64,000 bases of DNA, taken from positions 5,146,001 through 5,210,000 of the forward strand of contig NC_043011.1 of assembly GCF_006345805.1 (NCBI RefSeq), written 5' to 3'. The position numbers were made by a program, and so were the translations under genes. This document shows, piece by piece, positions 46,834-60,013 of this stretch. The stretch comes from Octopus sinensis (Eukaryota). The stretch's first letter is position 1; every line of letters begins with the position of its first letter. A model generated the notes under the pieces. That model ran no database searches and was not told where the DNA came from. It worked only from the letters and a program-made list of their open reading frames with translations.

Positions 46834-49198
46834 CAGTGTTTCCCAACCTTTTTTCCTGGCGCCCCACTTTTTCATAGCAAAAGTTTTTACGCCCCACCTT
46901 TTCCCATGTCCACTCACATTTACAAGTATATGTGGGCCTACTTACAATTGAAAAAAAATCAAAAATTAAAAAATTGTATTCAAAATACAAAAAAATAGTT
47001 TGAGAATTGAAACAACAGGCACTGAAAGTGCATAACACCCAATAAATCGATAAAATTATTACGATTTCTCATGTTTTTAAAAAATGTCAATTTATAAAGA
47101 ATAAAGAAACACGTTTTTTCAGTTCAATTATTTGACGGTCAGCTCGACTAATTTAGTGAGAACCCTGTGCCTGATGCATACAGCACAAGTTTTTAATATG
47201 AGGAGACAACTTTGTTAATTTCAGTCGTAAATCGCCACGTTTTGTAATCTCAAGCCGGTTTCTCTTGGCTTCGAGCAATATCAACTGCACTAAAACCACA
47301 TTCGACCAAATAAGACGAAGGGAAAGGAATCAGTAGCTCTCTCGCTGATGTAGAATTTTAGGATATTTTCTTTCAACAACCTCGTCATATACCACATCTT
47401 TGTACCTTCAATTAAACAAAGTCTTCACTGATTCATCATGTTGTAATTCTGATAACTCTTCTTGGTATTGGATTGTAGCATCAGAAACGTTAATCAGAAG
47501 CGGTTGAGTTAACCAAGAGGAAAATTCATTGCCTTTAAATCGCAAAATCTGTCATTGAAATCCTTTATCAAGATATTTAAATGATCAATAATTACAATGC
47601 CAGCATCATTCGTTATTTCACATTTACTCAACCAGTAAAGTTCACTGAAATTTCTTTTGGAAAATTTCTTTTTCCATAATTCGAGAGCTGTAATAAATCC
47701 AAAAATCTTTGCTTTTGCATCAATAAGTGTCATGTTTGCACCTTGAAGTTGTTTATTCAAGTTTCCAAGTTTCTCAAATATGTCTGTCAAATAACTGACA
47801 AATGCTTTTCCATCCGTTGTTGACAGCAATTTCATTTCACATTTATCACTAAGAAAGTCGTTAATCTGATCAAATAATTCCATGAACCTCTTTAAGCAGT
47901 TTCCACTTGATAGCCATCTTACTTCTGTATGAAGCAATAATCGAACATGTTCGGCACTTTGATTATACAAAACTGTTTAAAAAGACGTTCAGATTTAGAA
48001 TTTCTTTTAATGCTGTTGACACACTTGATCACACTTTGAAGAATCTTGTTAAGAACAGGGGACAATTTCTTGGCAACCAAGTTTTCTCGGTGTATTACAC
48101 AATGGACAGTCAACATGTTGGATTTTCATCCTTCATCATTTTTAAGCATCCCGTATTCTTGCCCATCATGGCAGGTGCACCGTCTGCCGCACATGCCAGT
48201 AATTTTCCTTTGGTATTTTGTTTGCATCCAAATAATGTTGATTTTGATGTAAATATCATTTGCAGTTGTGGTGGTTTCAAACGATTCGCAGAACAGCATC
48301 TCTTCCTGAAACTCCTCGTGGTCAATATACCTCACATAAGTCAATAACAGAGCCTCACTGTCCCGGATTGTGGATTCGTCCATTTGTAATGAAAACTTAC
48401 GCAATTTTAATTTCTCAATGAGCTGGCTTTCAACATCTTGCCCCATTTCATCTATTCTGTTCGAGACAGTGTTATACTGAGTGGCATAGTCCTGATATCT
48501 CCATCATCTTTTTGTAATACAGTTTTTAAGAATATTGAGATAGCAGGTTTAATCAGTTGCTCTCCAATAGTGTGATTCTTTCCATGTTTTGCTATAAGCA
48601 AGGAGATTTCGTAGCTGGCTTCAAGGGCACGAGTATGAGGCGCTTGTTTTGCATGAAATAGTGAAGTGAGTTTTGTTCGGTTTTTAAATTTTTCTTTCAA
48701 TGATTTGAAGTATTCCAAATCTAAATTAGAATTATTAGGATGTCTTACTTTAAGTGCGCTTCCAGCCTACCTGCCTTCATTGACTCATTGCTCATCGTCT
48801 GATTACATAATAAGCAAAACGGTTTACGCCTCATCATGCTCATCAGGAATGAATCCAAACTTCAAAAACTCCACCGCGTATGACGAGTCTTCTTCTTGTT
48901 TGGTTTGCTCATTTTCAATAGGGCTAACAAAAGACTAATTGAGGCAAACTAATTGAGGCAATTGATTGGCTTATCTGAATAGTAAGTTTATTGCTCAGTG
49001 CGGGATCTTCTTTGTCTCGCTGGGGTGCGAGAGTTTCCGATGTGGAGGCTTCAAAGGAAAGACGGAATCTAAGGTTGTGCCCGCGATGACCGCTCGTCAT
49101 GTACAAATATTTTCACAGCCCACGTCTATGCCCCGCGCCCCACCTGAATTTTCTCAGGCCCCACCAGTGGGGCGTACGCCCCACCTTGGGAATCACTG
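46834..49198 (-). mobile_element. Full-length hAT (Buster/Charlie-type) DNA transposon, 2365 bp
   Basis: TIRs cagtgtttcccaa / ttgggaatcactg; perfect 8-bp TSD ggttagat (46826-46833, 49199-49206). Confidence 0.95.
47153..48912 (-). pseudogene. Frameshifted ZBED/SCAND3-like hAT transposase
   Basis: Fragments: FCLLCNQTMSNESMK..HLK (BED-like finger), FSLQMDES, DGAPAM, HCVIHRENL, EVRWLS, FPSSYLVECGFSAV, end QAQGSH*. Several frameshifts. Confidence 0.9.
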
Positions 49199-50623
49199 GG
49201 TTAGATGATCGTAAAGTTCAAGTGGTCTAAATAACACCAGCGACCAATGTCATTGGTTGTGATTATTTCTTTCAAACCATTCGTGAGTAAAGACGACATA
49301 ACAGTGGACCCTTCGTTTTCAGCCCCTGTTTCTCTTGTCGCTGCAGATCCTCATTACATTTGTTGCCAATGGTTTCTTTGTTGTACAATAATTATTGCAC
49401 TTCGCCCAGGAGCAAGCAGAGTTGTGTGGTTAAGAAATTTACTTCACAACCATGTAGCAGCAGCGGTGGAGGCGCAATGGCCCAGTGGTTAGGGCAGCGG
49501 ACTCGCGGTCGTAAGAACGCGGTTTCGCATTGTGGGGCGTTTATTGAGCAAAAACACCTAAACTCCACGACGCTCCGGCGGTGGTGGGGGGATAATTCAG
49601 AGCGATGATAAATAGGTAATTTGAATTTACGGAGCCAACGATTGGTAAATAGAATTTGCCGATCATGTCTTCAGACAGAGTCAAAATACAACCTGATGCT
49701 TTGTAAATTGAATTCCCCATGCATCAACTCTCAAGGTTGCTGAAACGCGCGTTATACATGAAATGAACAAATACCAACTTTATGCTTCATGTTTTCCTCT
49801 CATATTATAGAGGGAGTTTAACATGGAGACTATCAAGAACCGCAACTTATAAAGTAATTTTGTCGCGTAGCTAGTGCACCCATGTCGTCACATATACATA
49901 GGCGCGCGTGCAAATATATAATCACACGCACGTTGCCACGCTAATTACTTAATAATAGAAAGAAAAGTAAACGAACCCCTCTATCTTCTCCTCCACACAT
50001 AATTAATATGTGCTAATTACAGAAGTACTTAAGATGTTTAAAAGATCTTTTCGATAAATAGATTGATACGGCAACTGATGGATTGAAGTAAATCGAAGAT
50101 AGAGGAACTAAATTAAGTAGGAATAAATTAGAGCTTTGTAGATCAAGCCCAGATTATTTACTGTTATAAAACTTTACTTAATTCCAAATGTCAATTGATT
50201 TGAAGGTCTTTACCTCAATTAGATTATCATTCTTCAGTTATTAACCTCATTTTTTTTTTCTGTGATGAATAAACAAACTGTTAATGTTTACATTGATCAG
50301 CATTTTCATTGGCCTCATCTCTGGTTTCTATGATACATAAAGAAAAACATCTCTGGTTTCTATGATACGGTTTCTTCTCAGATTTATACGTTGTATCAGA
50401 CCGGTTGCCCCCCGAGGAACTGATTAAAACGAAGTTTAGTCGGTTCCGATCACTTGCACCGGTTGTGTGGTTAAGAAGTCTGCTACATAACTAAAATTTG
50501 GTTCAAAATCTGATTCCACGGCATGGCAGAGACCCAAGTTACTCGAGAAATTAAAAAGGGTACTAATAACCTAATTATTCCTAGGTGGAATTTGGCAGAT
50601 GGAAAATTTCCGGAATCTCACCA

Positions 50624-50685
<62 letters not shown>

Positions 50686-50700
50686 GCTAGCTAGCTAGCT

Positions 50701-50751
<51 letters not shown>

Positions 50752-50788
50752 ACATACATATATATATATACATAAAAGTGTGTGTATG

Positions 50789-50824
<36 letters not shown>

Positions 50825-50859
50825 TGTATGTATGTATGTATAGTTAATTGAAAAAACAG

Positions 50860-50985
50860 AGAAAAAGACAAGAGAAACAAAACAACAACAACGTGAGGAC
50901 GTAGTATATGCAAAGTATTAAGACGCCCAGGGAAGGTAAAGAGTAGTTGTTTTACGTTTCTAGCATAGCTCTTCTTCGGAAACAA

Positions 50986-51023
<38 letters not shown>

Positions 51024-51090
51024 CATTAATCTTAATCTTCTTTCGGCCAGAGTTCTTTCGTCACACGTCTGTGACCTCATCAGTGGTCCT
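50860..51090 (-). mobile_element. PLE-type terminal fragments with two hammerhead-like motifs (50949-50983, 51047-51086)
   Basis: GTTT CCGAAGA A GAGC tat GCTA GAAA CG TA AAAC, and CCA CTGATGA G GTCAC agacgt GTGAC GAAA GAAC TC TGG. Confidence 0.55.
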
Positions 51091-51325
51091 TTGCTTTTTT
51101 CTTTCTTATTTGTGTGTCTCTCCTTACTAACGGTCAGCCATTTTATATTTTGTATTCCTATTGTATGTGTCTTCATTTGCGCATGCGTATACCTCTATGT
51201 GTTTCTATGTTTAATTAGTGTGTGGGGGGCGGGGAGGTGTCTGTAATATTTTGTATCTCCTGTTTATACACGTTCGTGTAATTTGTTTTTGTTTATTTTT
51301 ATTTTGTTCAAGTGTTTACACCTGC

Positions 51326-51375
<50 letters not shown>

Positions 51376-51396
51376 ATTATTATTATTATTATTATC

Positions 51397-51446
<50 letters not shown>

Positions 51447-52047
51447 CCATTCCTAAATACAACAACATCTGTTTCAACACACGATTTCACATCAAGAATC
51501 TTGCAAAACAAATATATATATATATATATATATAACCAAAAAATAAGCAACATATATATATGAAAAGATTTGTAGAGGTAACACACGAGTAAGTAAATAT
51601 ATATGAAAAACAAGAACGAAAACACTTTCTTAAAATTGGGTATATTTTAGTTTTCCTTTTACATGTTTCGGTTTTTGAAAAACCTTGTCAAAAATATGTA
51701 CTAAAATGGAATATGTAAAGAATAAAAGAACTATTTAAAAAATTTAAATTAGAATTAAGATTAACATTCGTAGCTTACTTTCCTTTCTCCTGCAAGAACA
51801 CGTGATAATATCATTCGGTTCTGGTAGCATGACAATTTATTACTGTCTTTGTAAATTGAATAGAGTGGTCAAGACTTGTTTTCTTAGGAGTGGCTGTAGC
51901 CGTCGAATAACTAGCAGCAGTAATAATAATAGTTGTCGTGGTTAACTTGTTCCCACTGTGGTTTTAATAGAAATCGGGTTCTTCGACCTATTGTGTGTGT
52001 GCATACACAAACACACACACACACACACCAACACACACACACACACA

Positions 52048-52908
52048 CAGAGGATTCAATGAATAAACTGTCGTCTAAATTGCGCAAAAATGAAAATATC
52101 ACTGACATCTCATTTTAACAGATTTATTTACCAAAATTCCCCCAAAATATCTTGAAATACTAAAGAGTAAATGTATTCAATATAATCGCCATTGGGTTTA
52201 ACCATGGCCTCCAGATGACTTCAGAATCTCCTGCATCGCTTCTAGACGGTCTCCTTGTTTAAGTTGGTGAATGCTGCCATAATCCTTGTCTTCAGTTTAT
52301 TTTGGGTGCTACAAGGAGTTTTGTTGGTCTCTCGCTCAACTGCGCCCCACACATAATAATCAAGGGCGCTGCAGTCTGGGAAGTTAGATGGCCAGATGTT
52401 AGGGGTGATGTGGTCGCAGAAATTGTCTGATAGCCATGACTGGGTTCTCCTGCTTGTGTGGCATGATGCAGAGCCCTGTTACCAGACGTAGGGTCTTCCA
52501 GGAGCCATCTCCTTGACCCAGGGCGGCGCTACCTCTCCCAGGCACTTGATGTAGGCCTCTATGTTGAGTCTGAGGCCGTGTGAGAAGACGAATGAAGGCA
52601 TAACGTCGCCATCACTAGTGATCATTCCAAACATCATGATGCTCACTGGATGTTTGATTTTTATCAGTCTCGGTACATGTCCTCAGATTGATACCCAGAT
52701 ACTCTGAAACGTCCGTAGTGGAGCTTCCGGCACAAATGCCAAGCAGTACAGCATGTCATTTCCAAATTTCTGGCAGAGTGAATTGCGTCATGGTGCTGTT
52801 TGCCCAACTGACCCTACTATACTGTGTAGTCGACAAAATCAAAAAGAAACAATGCGCATGCGAGAAATTAAAAATACAAAATGGCGACAGTTTACCCATC
52901 ACACCGTC
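52048..52908 (-). mobile_element. Tc1/mariner DD37D (maT-like) remnant
   Basis: YVW*QGSASCHTSRRTQSWLSDNF...WPSNFPDCSALDYYVWG has 37 residues between the mutated second D position and the third D; TIR core taaactgtcg.c at both ends. Confidence 0.8.
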
Positions 52909-53594
52909 ACGGCCAAATGTTTTCCCAACATTGCTTGCTCATTCTCTGCATAGAAGACACGTTTGTAAAACGCCATCAATGATAATCTTTTATTTTTTTC
53001 TTCTTCTTTCAGTCATTTGACTGCAGCCATGATACAAATACTATAAATCTATCATTGAAATCAATTTTCGATGACGTAATACACCAAATAAATCCACGTA
53101 TTAATCATAAATGTATAGAATAAGCCTAAATATGAACATGCTTTTCTACTCCAGGCCCAAGGCTCAAAGTTTTTTGGGGGGGGAGGGCAGTCGATTATAG
53201 CGACCTCAGCACGCAACTAGTACTTAATTTATCGACCCCGAAAGGATGTTTAATTATTGTGTTTGTGGGGTGGGGAAGTGTCTGTAATATTTGTCCCCCT
53301 AGCATTGCTTGACAACCGATACTGGTGTGTTTACGTCCCCGTCACTTAGCGGTTCGGCAAAAGAGACCGATAGAATAAGTACTGGGCTTACAAAGAATAA
53401 GTCCCGGGGTCGATTTGCTCCAACGTCGACCTCGGTTGACCTAAATATGAATATTAAGTGGCCTATCCCAACTTACATCTAAATGTATAAATATATAATT
53501 CTATAATTACTAGTAATAAATATAATCATTAATATAATTACTTTAATAAATTTCAATTATATTCATATACACTTAAGAACTAATGAAATAACTT

Positions 53595-54553
53595 TAGGGT
53601 TTTACATTCTGGACACCCTGGGTAATAAATTTCCCTCTGTCCACTTTGGCTTATATAGAGGTGATACCTTAGCCATCTCCAGAGGCGCTAACTGCCATAC
53701 ATTAGATAGGCTTAGAAAAGACATCATACACACCCTCAACAACCTTGGCCTTAAAACCACCACAGGGACTAACCTCACTGTGGTGAACTTCAATACATTA
53801 ATACAGCCTCCCGCCACCCACCCAAAAACCAATTAAAGGAATCAGTAAACAGATTTCGATCTTATCTTCAAATAAGGATATTTTCGACGCAGCGGCTCCC
53901 GCTTACAATGAAGCGTTAGCGGCCGACGGGTTCAAGGACCATAAAGTATATTCATCAGGATCGAGCAACCATAAAAGGAAACGCCATCGCAAGACCTTAT
54001 GGTTCGCTCCCCGCTTCTCTCTAAATGTCCGGACATGCGTAGGTAAGAATTTTCACCCGATCACACAAATATAGAAAGATTTCAAACAGATTTTTAAGGA
54101 TCTCTTTCAGTTGTGCACTCAATGTTAAGAAAAACTTACTTAGCACCCCTAAACCAAGGACAGAGGCAGGTTGTTCATGCAGGATTAGAAATGAATGCCG
54201 AGTGGACGGCCGATGTAACAACGAGGTTACAGTGTACCAAGCAAAAGTAGCCTCAAACAGGAGCAGCACAAATAAAGGTAACATCAATGCCAACATAGAG
54301 ACACGCACTAAAATTTATGTCGGATCTTGTTAATCTAAATTTAGAACTCGCCGGAAGAACCACAGGTCTTCTTTCAGGGTCCCGGAGAGATGCAACACAA
54401 CGACGCTCGCAGCATATCTATGGCGTCTAAAGGACGATCATTAGGTGGAAATTACTGGAAACTTGTGGACCCTATCACAATGGAACAAGACTATGTAAAT
54501 TGTGTATGGCAGAAAAATATATAATCCTTATGAACTCGTATGGCAAAAATGTG
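53595..54553 (+). mobile_element. Penelope-like element remnant, Naiad-like
   Basis: FGLYRGDTLA (GLYRDDGL-like RT motif), WFAPRFSLNVRTCVGK, GCSCRIRNECRVDGRC, TVYQAKV, IYVGS..KFRTR..NHRSSF, T.LAAYLWRLK, PYHNGTRLCKLCMAEKYII. Confidence 0.75.
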
Positions 54554-55092
54554 TAACGCTGCGATGGACCGGCGTCCCGTCCAGCCGGGGAACACATACG
54601 TCATAGAAACCGGGAAACCGGGCCCATGAGCCTGGCTAGGCTTTAAAAGAGCGCATTTATCATTTTTATTATATCTTTATTATCCATAGATACATATACA
54701 CATACACTACACATAAATAATGTAATCCATATGTACATACACACACATGCATACATGTGAATACATACACACATACACAAATTCTACTTTACTTTCATTT
54801 CTACTTTTATTTTCATTCATGTTTATTCCTTATTCCTTATTTCTACTTCCTTATTTATTTTATTTTATCCATTTTAATCATTTAATCTTACTCTTTTATA
54901 CTTTAACTGACGATAATCATCCTTATTAATTGAATTTAAACATAAACATTAGTATCAAGGAATGTTCAGATTAACATACACGATCGCACAAGTATTAAAC
55001 ATACTTTTATATCTAAATATAAATGATAATAGAATTACCTTAGTAACCTTTTACCAACATGAATACATACTTGAGAACTAATATAACTAATA

Positions 55093-55162
55093 TAAAATGT
55101 CGAGCAATCTTCAGCCACATATAGAATTTTCTATATGTGGCTGAAGATTGCTCGACATTTTA
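55093..55162. repeat. Perfect 34-bp inverted repeat with 2-nt spacer
   Basis: taaaatgtcgagcaatcttcagccacatatagaa tt ttctatatgtggctgaagattgctcgacatttta. Confidence 0.95.
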
Positions 55163-55619
55163 AAACTGATGTAATACTTACAGTGTTTAATAAAATGAAG
55201 TAGCATGAAGCGATTGTACTACACTACCTTTGGATATCCTTGTTGCTTATTTTGATTATAATCACCCCCATTTGATTTATATGGATAATACCATACCAAA
55301 TACTGGTGCCTTTAACTTAAGCACCATATTCATCTGAATCTAAATTTTGATGAACTTTTATTTTTGCTCCTATTTACCTTAATCTATATACCTCAATAAG
55401 TAACTTAGAAAGGAACTTTTATACGAATACACATGCATATTGATGTATAAACCATTGACATCCATACTTGTTGAGTGTATATATATATTTATATTTATAT
55501 ACATATACGCATGCACATACGCTCATACGTATACAAACACGAGTATAAATTCTGTTTCACTTTTACTTTGCTTTATTCATTATGAACTTTTACTTTTATA
55601 TACTAAAATCCATTATTCA

Positions 55620-55624
55620 TTATA

Positions 55625-55702
<78 letters not shown>

Positions 55703-56812
55703 ATTATTATTTATTGTCTTTGCACAGCTTCTATCGCTAGAGATGTACTACGGTGCCAGCTGTTCGCTACCAGTGAACTCAGGTAACACCTCTTATTTTT
55801 CGAGCACCATCCGCAGTATTAGAGCGGTTCCAAGCAGTGCTGTTTTCTTCAAGTGCCCCATTCTTATTGCAGCCCCTATTTGTTCCATGTGCTTCTCAAG
55901 ATTTTTACTCACTATTCCCAGGGCCCCGACAATTTTTGGTACTACTATCACCTTTTTCAGTGTCTACAACTGCTTAACATCCCAAACTAACCTGTCATAT
56001 CTATCGACTTTTCTTCCTTCCTTATCTCATGCCTTGTTGTCAGCTGGGCATGCTATATCTATGATCCAGCATAGCTTGCTTTCTTTCTCAATTAACACTA
56101 TGTCTGACTTCCTATTCTCTATCGCATGATCGCACTGAATCATAAAATCCCACAGGATCTTTGCATTATCATTTTCGATGATGCCTTCGGGTTTATGTTC
56201 GTACCAATTCTTTACTCTTTCAAGTCCATACTAGTTGCAAAGTGTCCAATGGACAATCCTTGCTATATTGTCATGACGTCTCTTATATTCTTTCTGGGAT
56301 AGTGGCGTACATTGACTGGTAATATACCATACATTTTCACCATTTTGTGCACAGATTCTACGTTTATCACTTTCTGATGTGTTGTCTATTCTGTATTTTA
56401 TGTAGTTTGTTCTTAGTACTTGCTCTTGAGCAGCACAGATTAGAGCATCCGTGTCTGGTTTTAAATCACTTTTAGTCAACCATAGCCATCTTTTTTTCTC
56501 TGTCTGTCTCATCTTCAACATCCCTATGAAATTGTGCATGCATTCTTTTCTTTATCCACCTATTTTCAGTTTCATTCATTCTTCCATCCTACTCAAGCCT
56601 GACCTTCTTACTTCCAACAATAGTGATTCTGTGGCATTTTTTACATACCATGCATGTTGTTTTCTTCTGCTCTAACGCTGTGTTCGCATCCAATAAGTCC
56701 TCTTACCCTCTATTTTGTTTGGTACATACAGTCTGCCTGTGTCACTTTTTGGGTGGAGTATCCCATATCTAGTCAGCTACTTCCTTGTCTTTCTAAGTCG
56801 TTTAGTTCGTCT
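55620..56812 (-). mobile_element. R4/Dong-like non-LTR retrotransposon 3' part with (TAA)n tail
   Basis: WLWLTKSDLKPDTDALICAAQEQVLRTNYIKYRID...EYKRRHDNIARIVHW.LC, then an RLE region (LWDF.IQ..VVPKIVGALG..LQK..LLG.ARILR). Confidence 0.85.
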
Positions 56813-56840
56813 ACTATCATCATCATCATCATCATCATCA

Positions 56841-56881
<41 letters not shown>

Positions 56882-57453
56882 GTTATTGAATTAAAAATAA
56901 AAGTAATAGTTTTAACATATGGATGCACACACACACACACACATATACATACTCACGTAATAGACATGGCTATATATTCTGAGTATTCCAACGGATTATA
57001 ATGTAATCCTTGTATTTTCCTTTGTGCATCCTGATGATTTTCCATCCAAGGTATTTTAAAATGCAAGATTATATATTTGTATATGTTTTGTAGTTTTAAT
57101 TTGGGTTGTGAAATGAAACCGTTGTAGATGAATATGTTAATTAATTAATAATTTAATTTGTATCCATTAGATCACTGTTTTCAAACTTAATAATAGTATT
57201 TGATATTTGATATTTTATATAATATATTTGTTGAAGAAATGTCTCTTTAAAACACAAATTAAACCAGTGTATCTTGGATAGAAATATCCCTATAAAAGGT
57301 CTAAATATCCTATTGTGACTATATATATAGTGGCTCACTTTTCGCTTTTGTAGTATCCTAATAAAAGGCAAAATGAAATTCATATTAAGAAGAAATTAAC
57401 TAATTTTTCACATGATTAATGTATTATTTCTTATCCTATGTATTTTTGTATAA

Positions 57454-57830
57454 CACTGGAAATTAAATTTCAAAAAAGCAATAATGTAAATTTTGAAATT
57501 CTAAAATTTGCCATAATATAAAATTCCATTATTCAAACAAACAAAACTTCACAAATTTTTCATTTTTCTGTGCTCGCAAGTGAAATGGGGTGTCGCAGAT
57601 TTATTTTGATTCCCCACAGCCATACATAAAATATGTCTTGTAGGCCTCACATATTTTAGTGTATGCTACCACAGGGTAACAGTTCGCTCTCATCTTAATA
57701 AATTGGCCACAGACATAGCCAAAAACTTCTTTTAGCTTCTTAACACCATTCCTGATAAATGAGGATAGGATGAAGGATTTTAGCACAGTCGTTTTGGCGC
57801 CGCCTTTTGACATCGCTGATTCGACGCTGA
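57454..57830 (-). mobile_element. DNA transposon remnant (N-terminal Cys motif, Chapaev3/CMC-like)
   Basis: EVFGYVCGQFIKMRANCYPVVAYTKICEAYKTYF resembles the FCYVCG.F....KAY..YFG N-terminus I associate with Chapaev3-type transposases; from memory, unverified. Confidence 0.4.
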
Positions 57831-57931
57831 CTTATTTGACATGAGACGTTTTAATGTTTCTCTCGTTCTTTCCCTCCCCTATTTCTCTTTTTCTATGTGA
57901 GTAGCTAGTTATATTGTATGCATGTGTACTG

Positions 57932-58016
<85 letters not shown>

Positions 58017-58529
58017 GTCTGTCTATTTATCCATCTATCTATCAACCTCTGTCTATCGCTCTCTCGCTCTATCGGTATGTGTATATTCCTGCACTCGCGC
58101 GTGTGCTCGTGTTTGCCTCTAGCGCCAAAAACAGATTGAATGTCCTGTCAGACGTGCTAAAATTAATAGTATTATAAGTATCATAAATAGTATTCATCGC
58201 GTGATCACGTGACCGACCGGGCCATCAGATGTTGCTACACATCGCTGGTTACAATGCGCTTCGCATTGTTTCAGCCTTCAATGACACCAACCCGCTGGCT
58301 AAGCGAGCAAGCCAGCAGAAGAAAAGAGTAAGAGAAAGTAATGGTGATAGAGTACAGCAGGGATCACCACCACCCACTGCCGGAGCCTCGTGGAGCTCTA
58401 GGGGTTTTAGCTAAAAAAAAATACTCACAATGCCCGGTCTGGGAATCGAAACCGCGATCCTACGACCGCGAGTCCGCTGCCCTAACCATTGGACCAATGC
58501 GCCTCCACAAATAGTGTTTATAATACTAT

Positions 58530-59549
58530 TGTTGTGGGTTCAGCTTAAGGACAGAGCCGGCGACCTACTTTGGGGATGAATCCATTGTTCTGCCAGATGC
58601 GGGTTGATTAATTAGCTCTGGGGAAGCTCCCCGACCCTGTCAGGTGAATTAGAGTTCAGATTGTGAGAAACAGTGAGAGAAATGTTGAGGGCTGAGAAAG
58701 ACAGATTAAGGAATCTGGGAGCTTGTCATAAGAGATGACAGTAGAGTGAGAGGATGAGGGGCTGAGGAAGACAGGCAGAGAGTATTGCAGAGCTAAGAGA
58801 GAGAGTGATTGCGACAGAGAGATTGGAGTAGTGACAAGGAGTCGGTATTTGGAATTCAAGGCAGGCAGTCGGCGGTTTGGAGTTTAGCAGTTGGTTTGTT
58901 CTGCTGTGACAGAGAGAGAGATATAGGCGGCTGATATAGAGGAACTACAATATGAGACATTGGCTAATGTAACGGTACGTGAATTGTTGTATTGATATGT
59001 GAAGAGAAAGAAGGAAAAAGAATCGATGTATTGAAATGTAAAAGAAATGAGACAGTAAAAAAAGAACAATGTGAACTGTGTTGATATGTGTTACAGAACT
59101 GTTAAGGCAAAAGAGAACTGTGTAATGAACATTGAACTGTATATGCCTTTAATGTCCTTTGAACTGTAACGTTAATGTGATTTGAAACAGAACTGTTGTC
59201 TCCGGACTGTATAATGTATTGACTTGTTGTTTAATTCGACGTGTACTCTTTAAATGATGTTGTTATTGCATTTGATGTGTTGTTACTTGCATGTTTAAAT
59301 GCTTTGATGTATCTGATATGTAATTGATGTTGTAACAATTATAAAGTGTTATAAACTAGTACGTTAAATGTGAGCCAATTGCCTTCTTTGTGTCTCTCTC
59401 GATTGCCTCTGTGTCTCTTCTTGCAGCTGTTGTTGTAGTTGTTGTCTCTCTCTCCTCTCCGAGTTTCTGTGGCGAACATTCGCTGATCGGTCGGGCCTGT
59501 GTGAGGGATTCTGTAACAGCTTTCGTTCGACGGAAGTCCCCCCGTAACA
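58530..59549 (+). mobile_element. Solo LTR, 1020 bp (Gypsy-like)
   Basis: TGTT...AACA termini with 4-bp TSD ctat (58526-58529, 59550-59553); no internal coding region. Orientation is inferred from a putative polyA signal and pyrimidine-rich 3' part. Confidence 0.75.
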
Positions 59550-59603
59550 CTATTATATAACTGAATCTGGAAAATTCTAAAATTTTATTGAGAATTCTCC
59601 ATA

Positions 59604-60013
59604 GGCGCAGGAGTGGCTGTGTGGTAAGTAGCTTGCTAACCAACCACATGGTTCCGGGTTCAGTCCCACTGCGTGGCATCTTGGGCAAGTGTCTTCTGCT
59701 ATAGCCCCGGGCCGACCAATGCCTTGTGAGTGGATTTGGTAGACAGAAACTGAAAGAAGCCTGTCGTATATATGCATATATATATAAGTGTGTGTGTATA
59801 TGTTTGTGTGTCTGTGTTTGTCCCCCTAGCATTGCTTGACAACCGATGCTGGTGTGTGTTTATGTCCCCGTCACTTAGCGGTTCGGCAAAGGGACCGATA
59901 AAATAAGTACTGGGCTTACAAAGAATAAGTCCCGGGGTCGATTTGCTCGACTAAATGCGGTGCTCCAGCATGGCCGCAGTCAAATGACTGAAACAAGTAA
60001 AAGAGTAAAAGAG
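59604..60013 (+). mobile_element. SINE family A, full length, young-looking
   Basis: Consensus-like with CpGs retained. Confidence 0.92.

Noticed and set aside
52878-52890. YY1-like AAAATGGCG promoter motif
   Set aside because: It is part of the TIR of the DD37D element.
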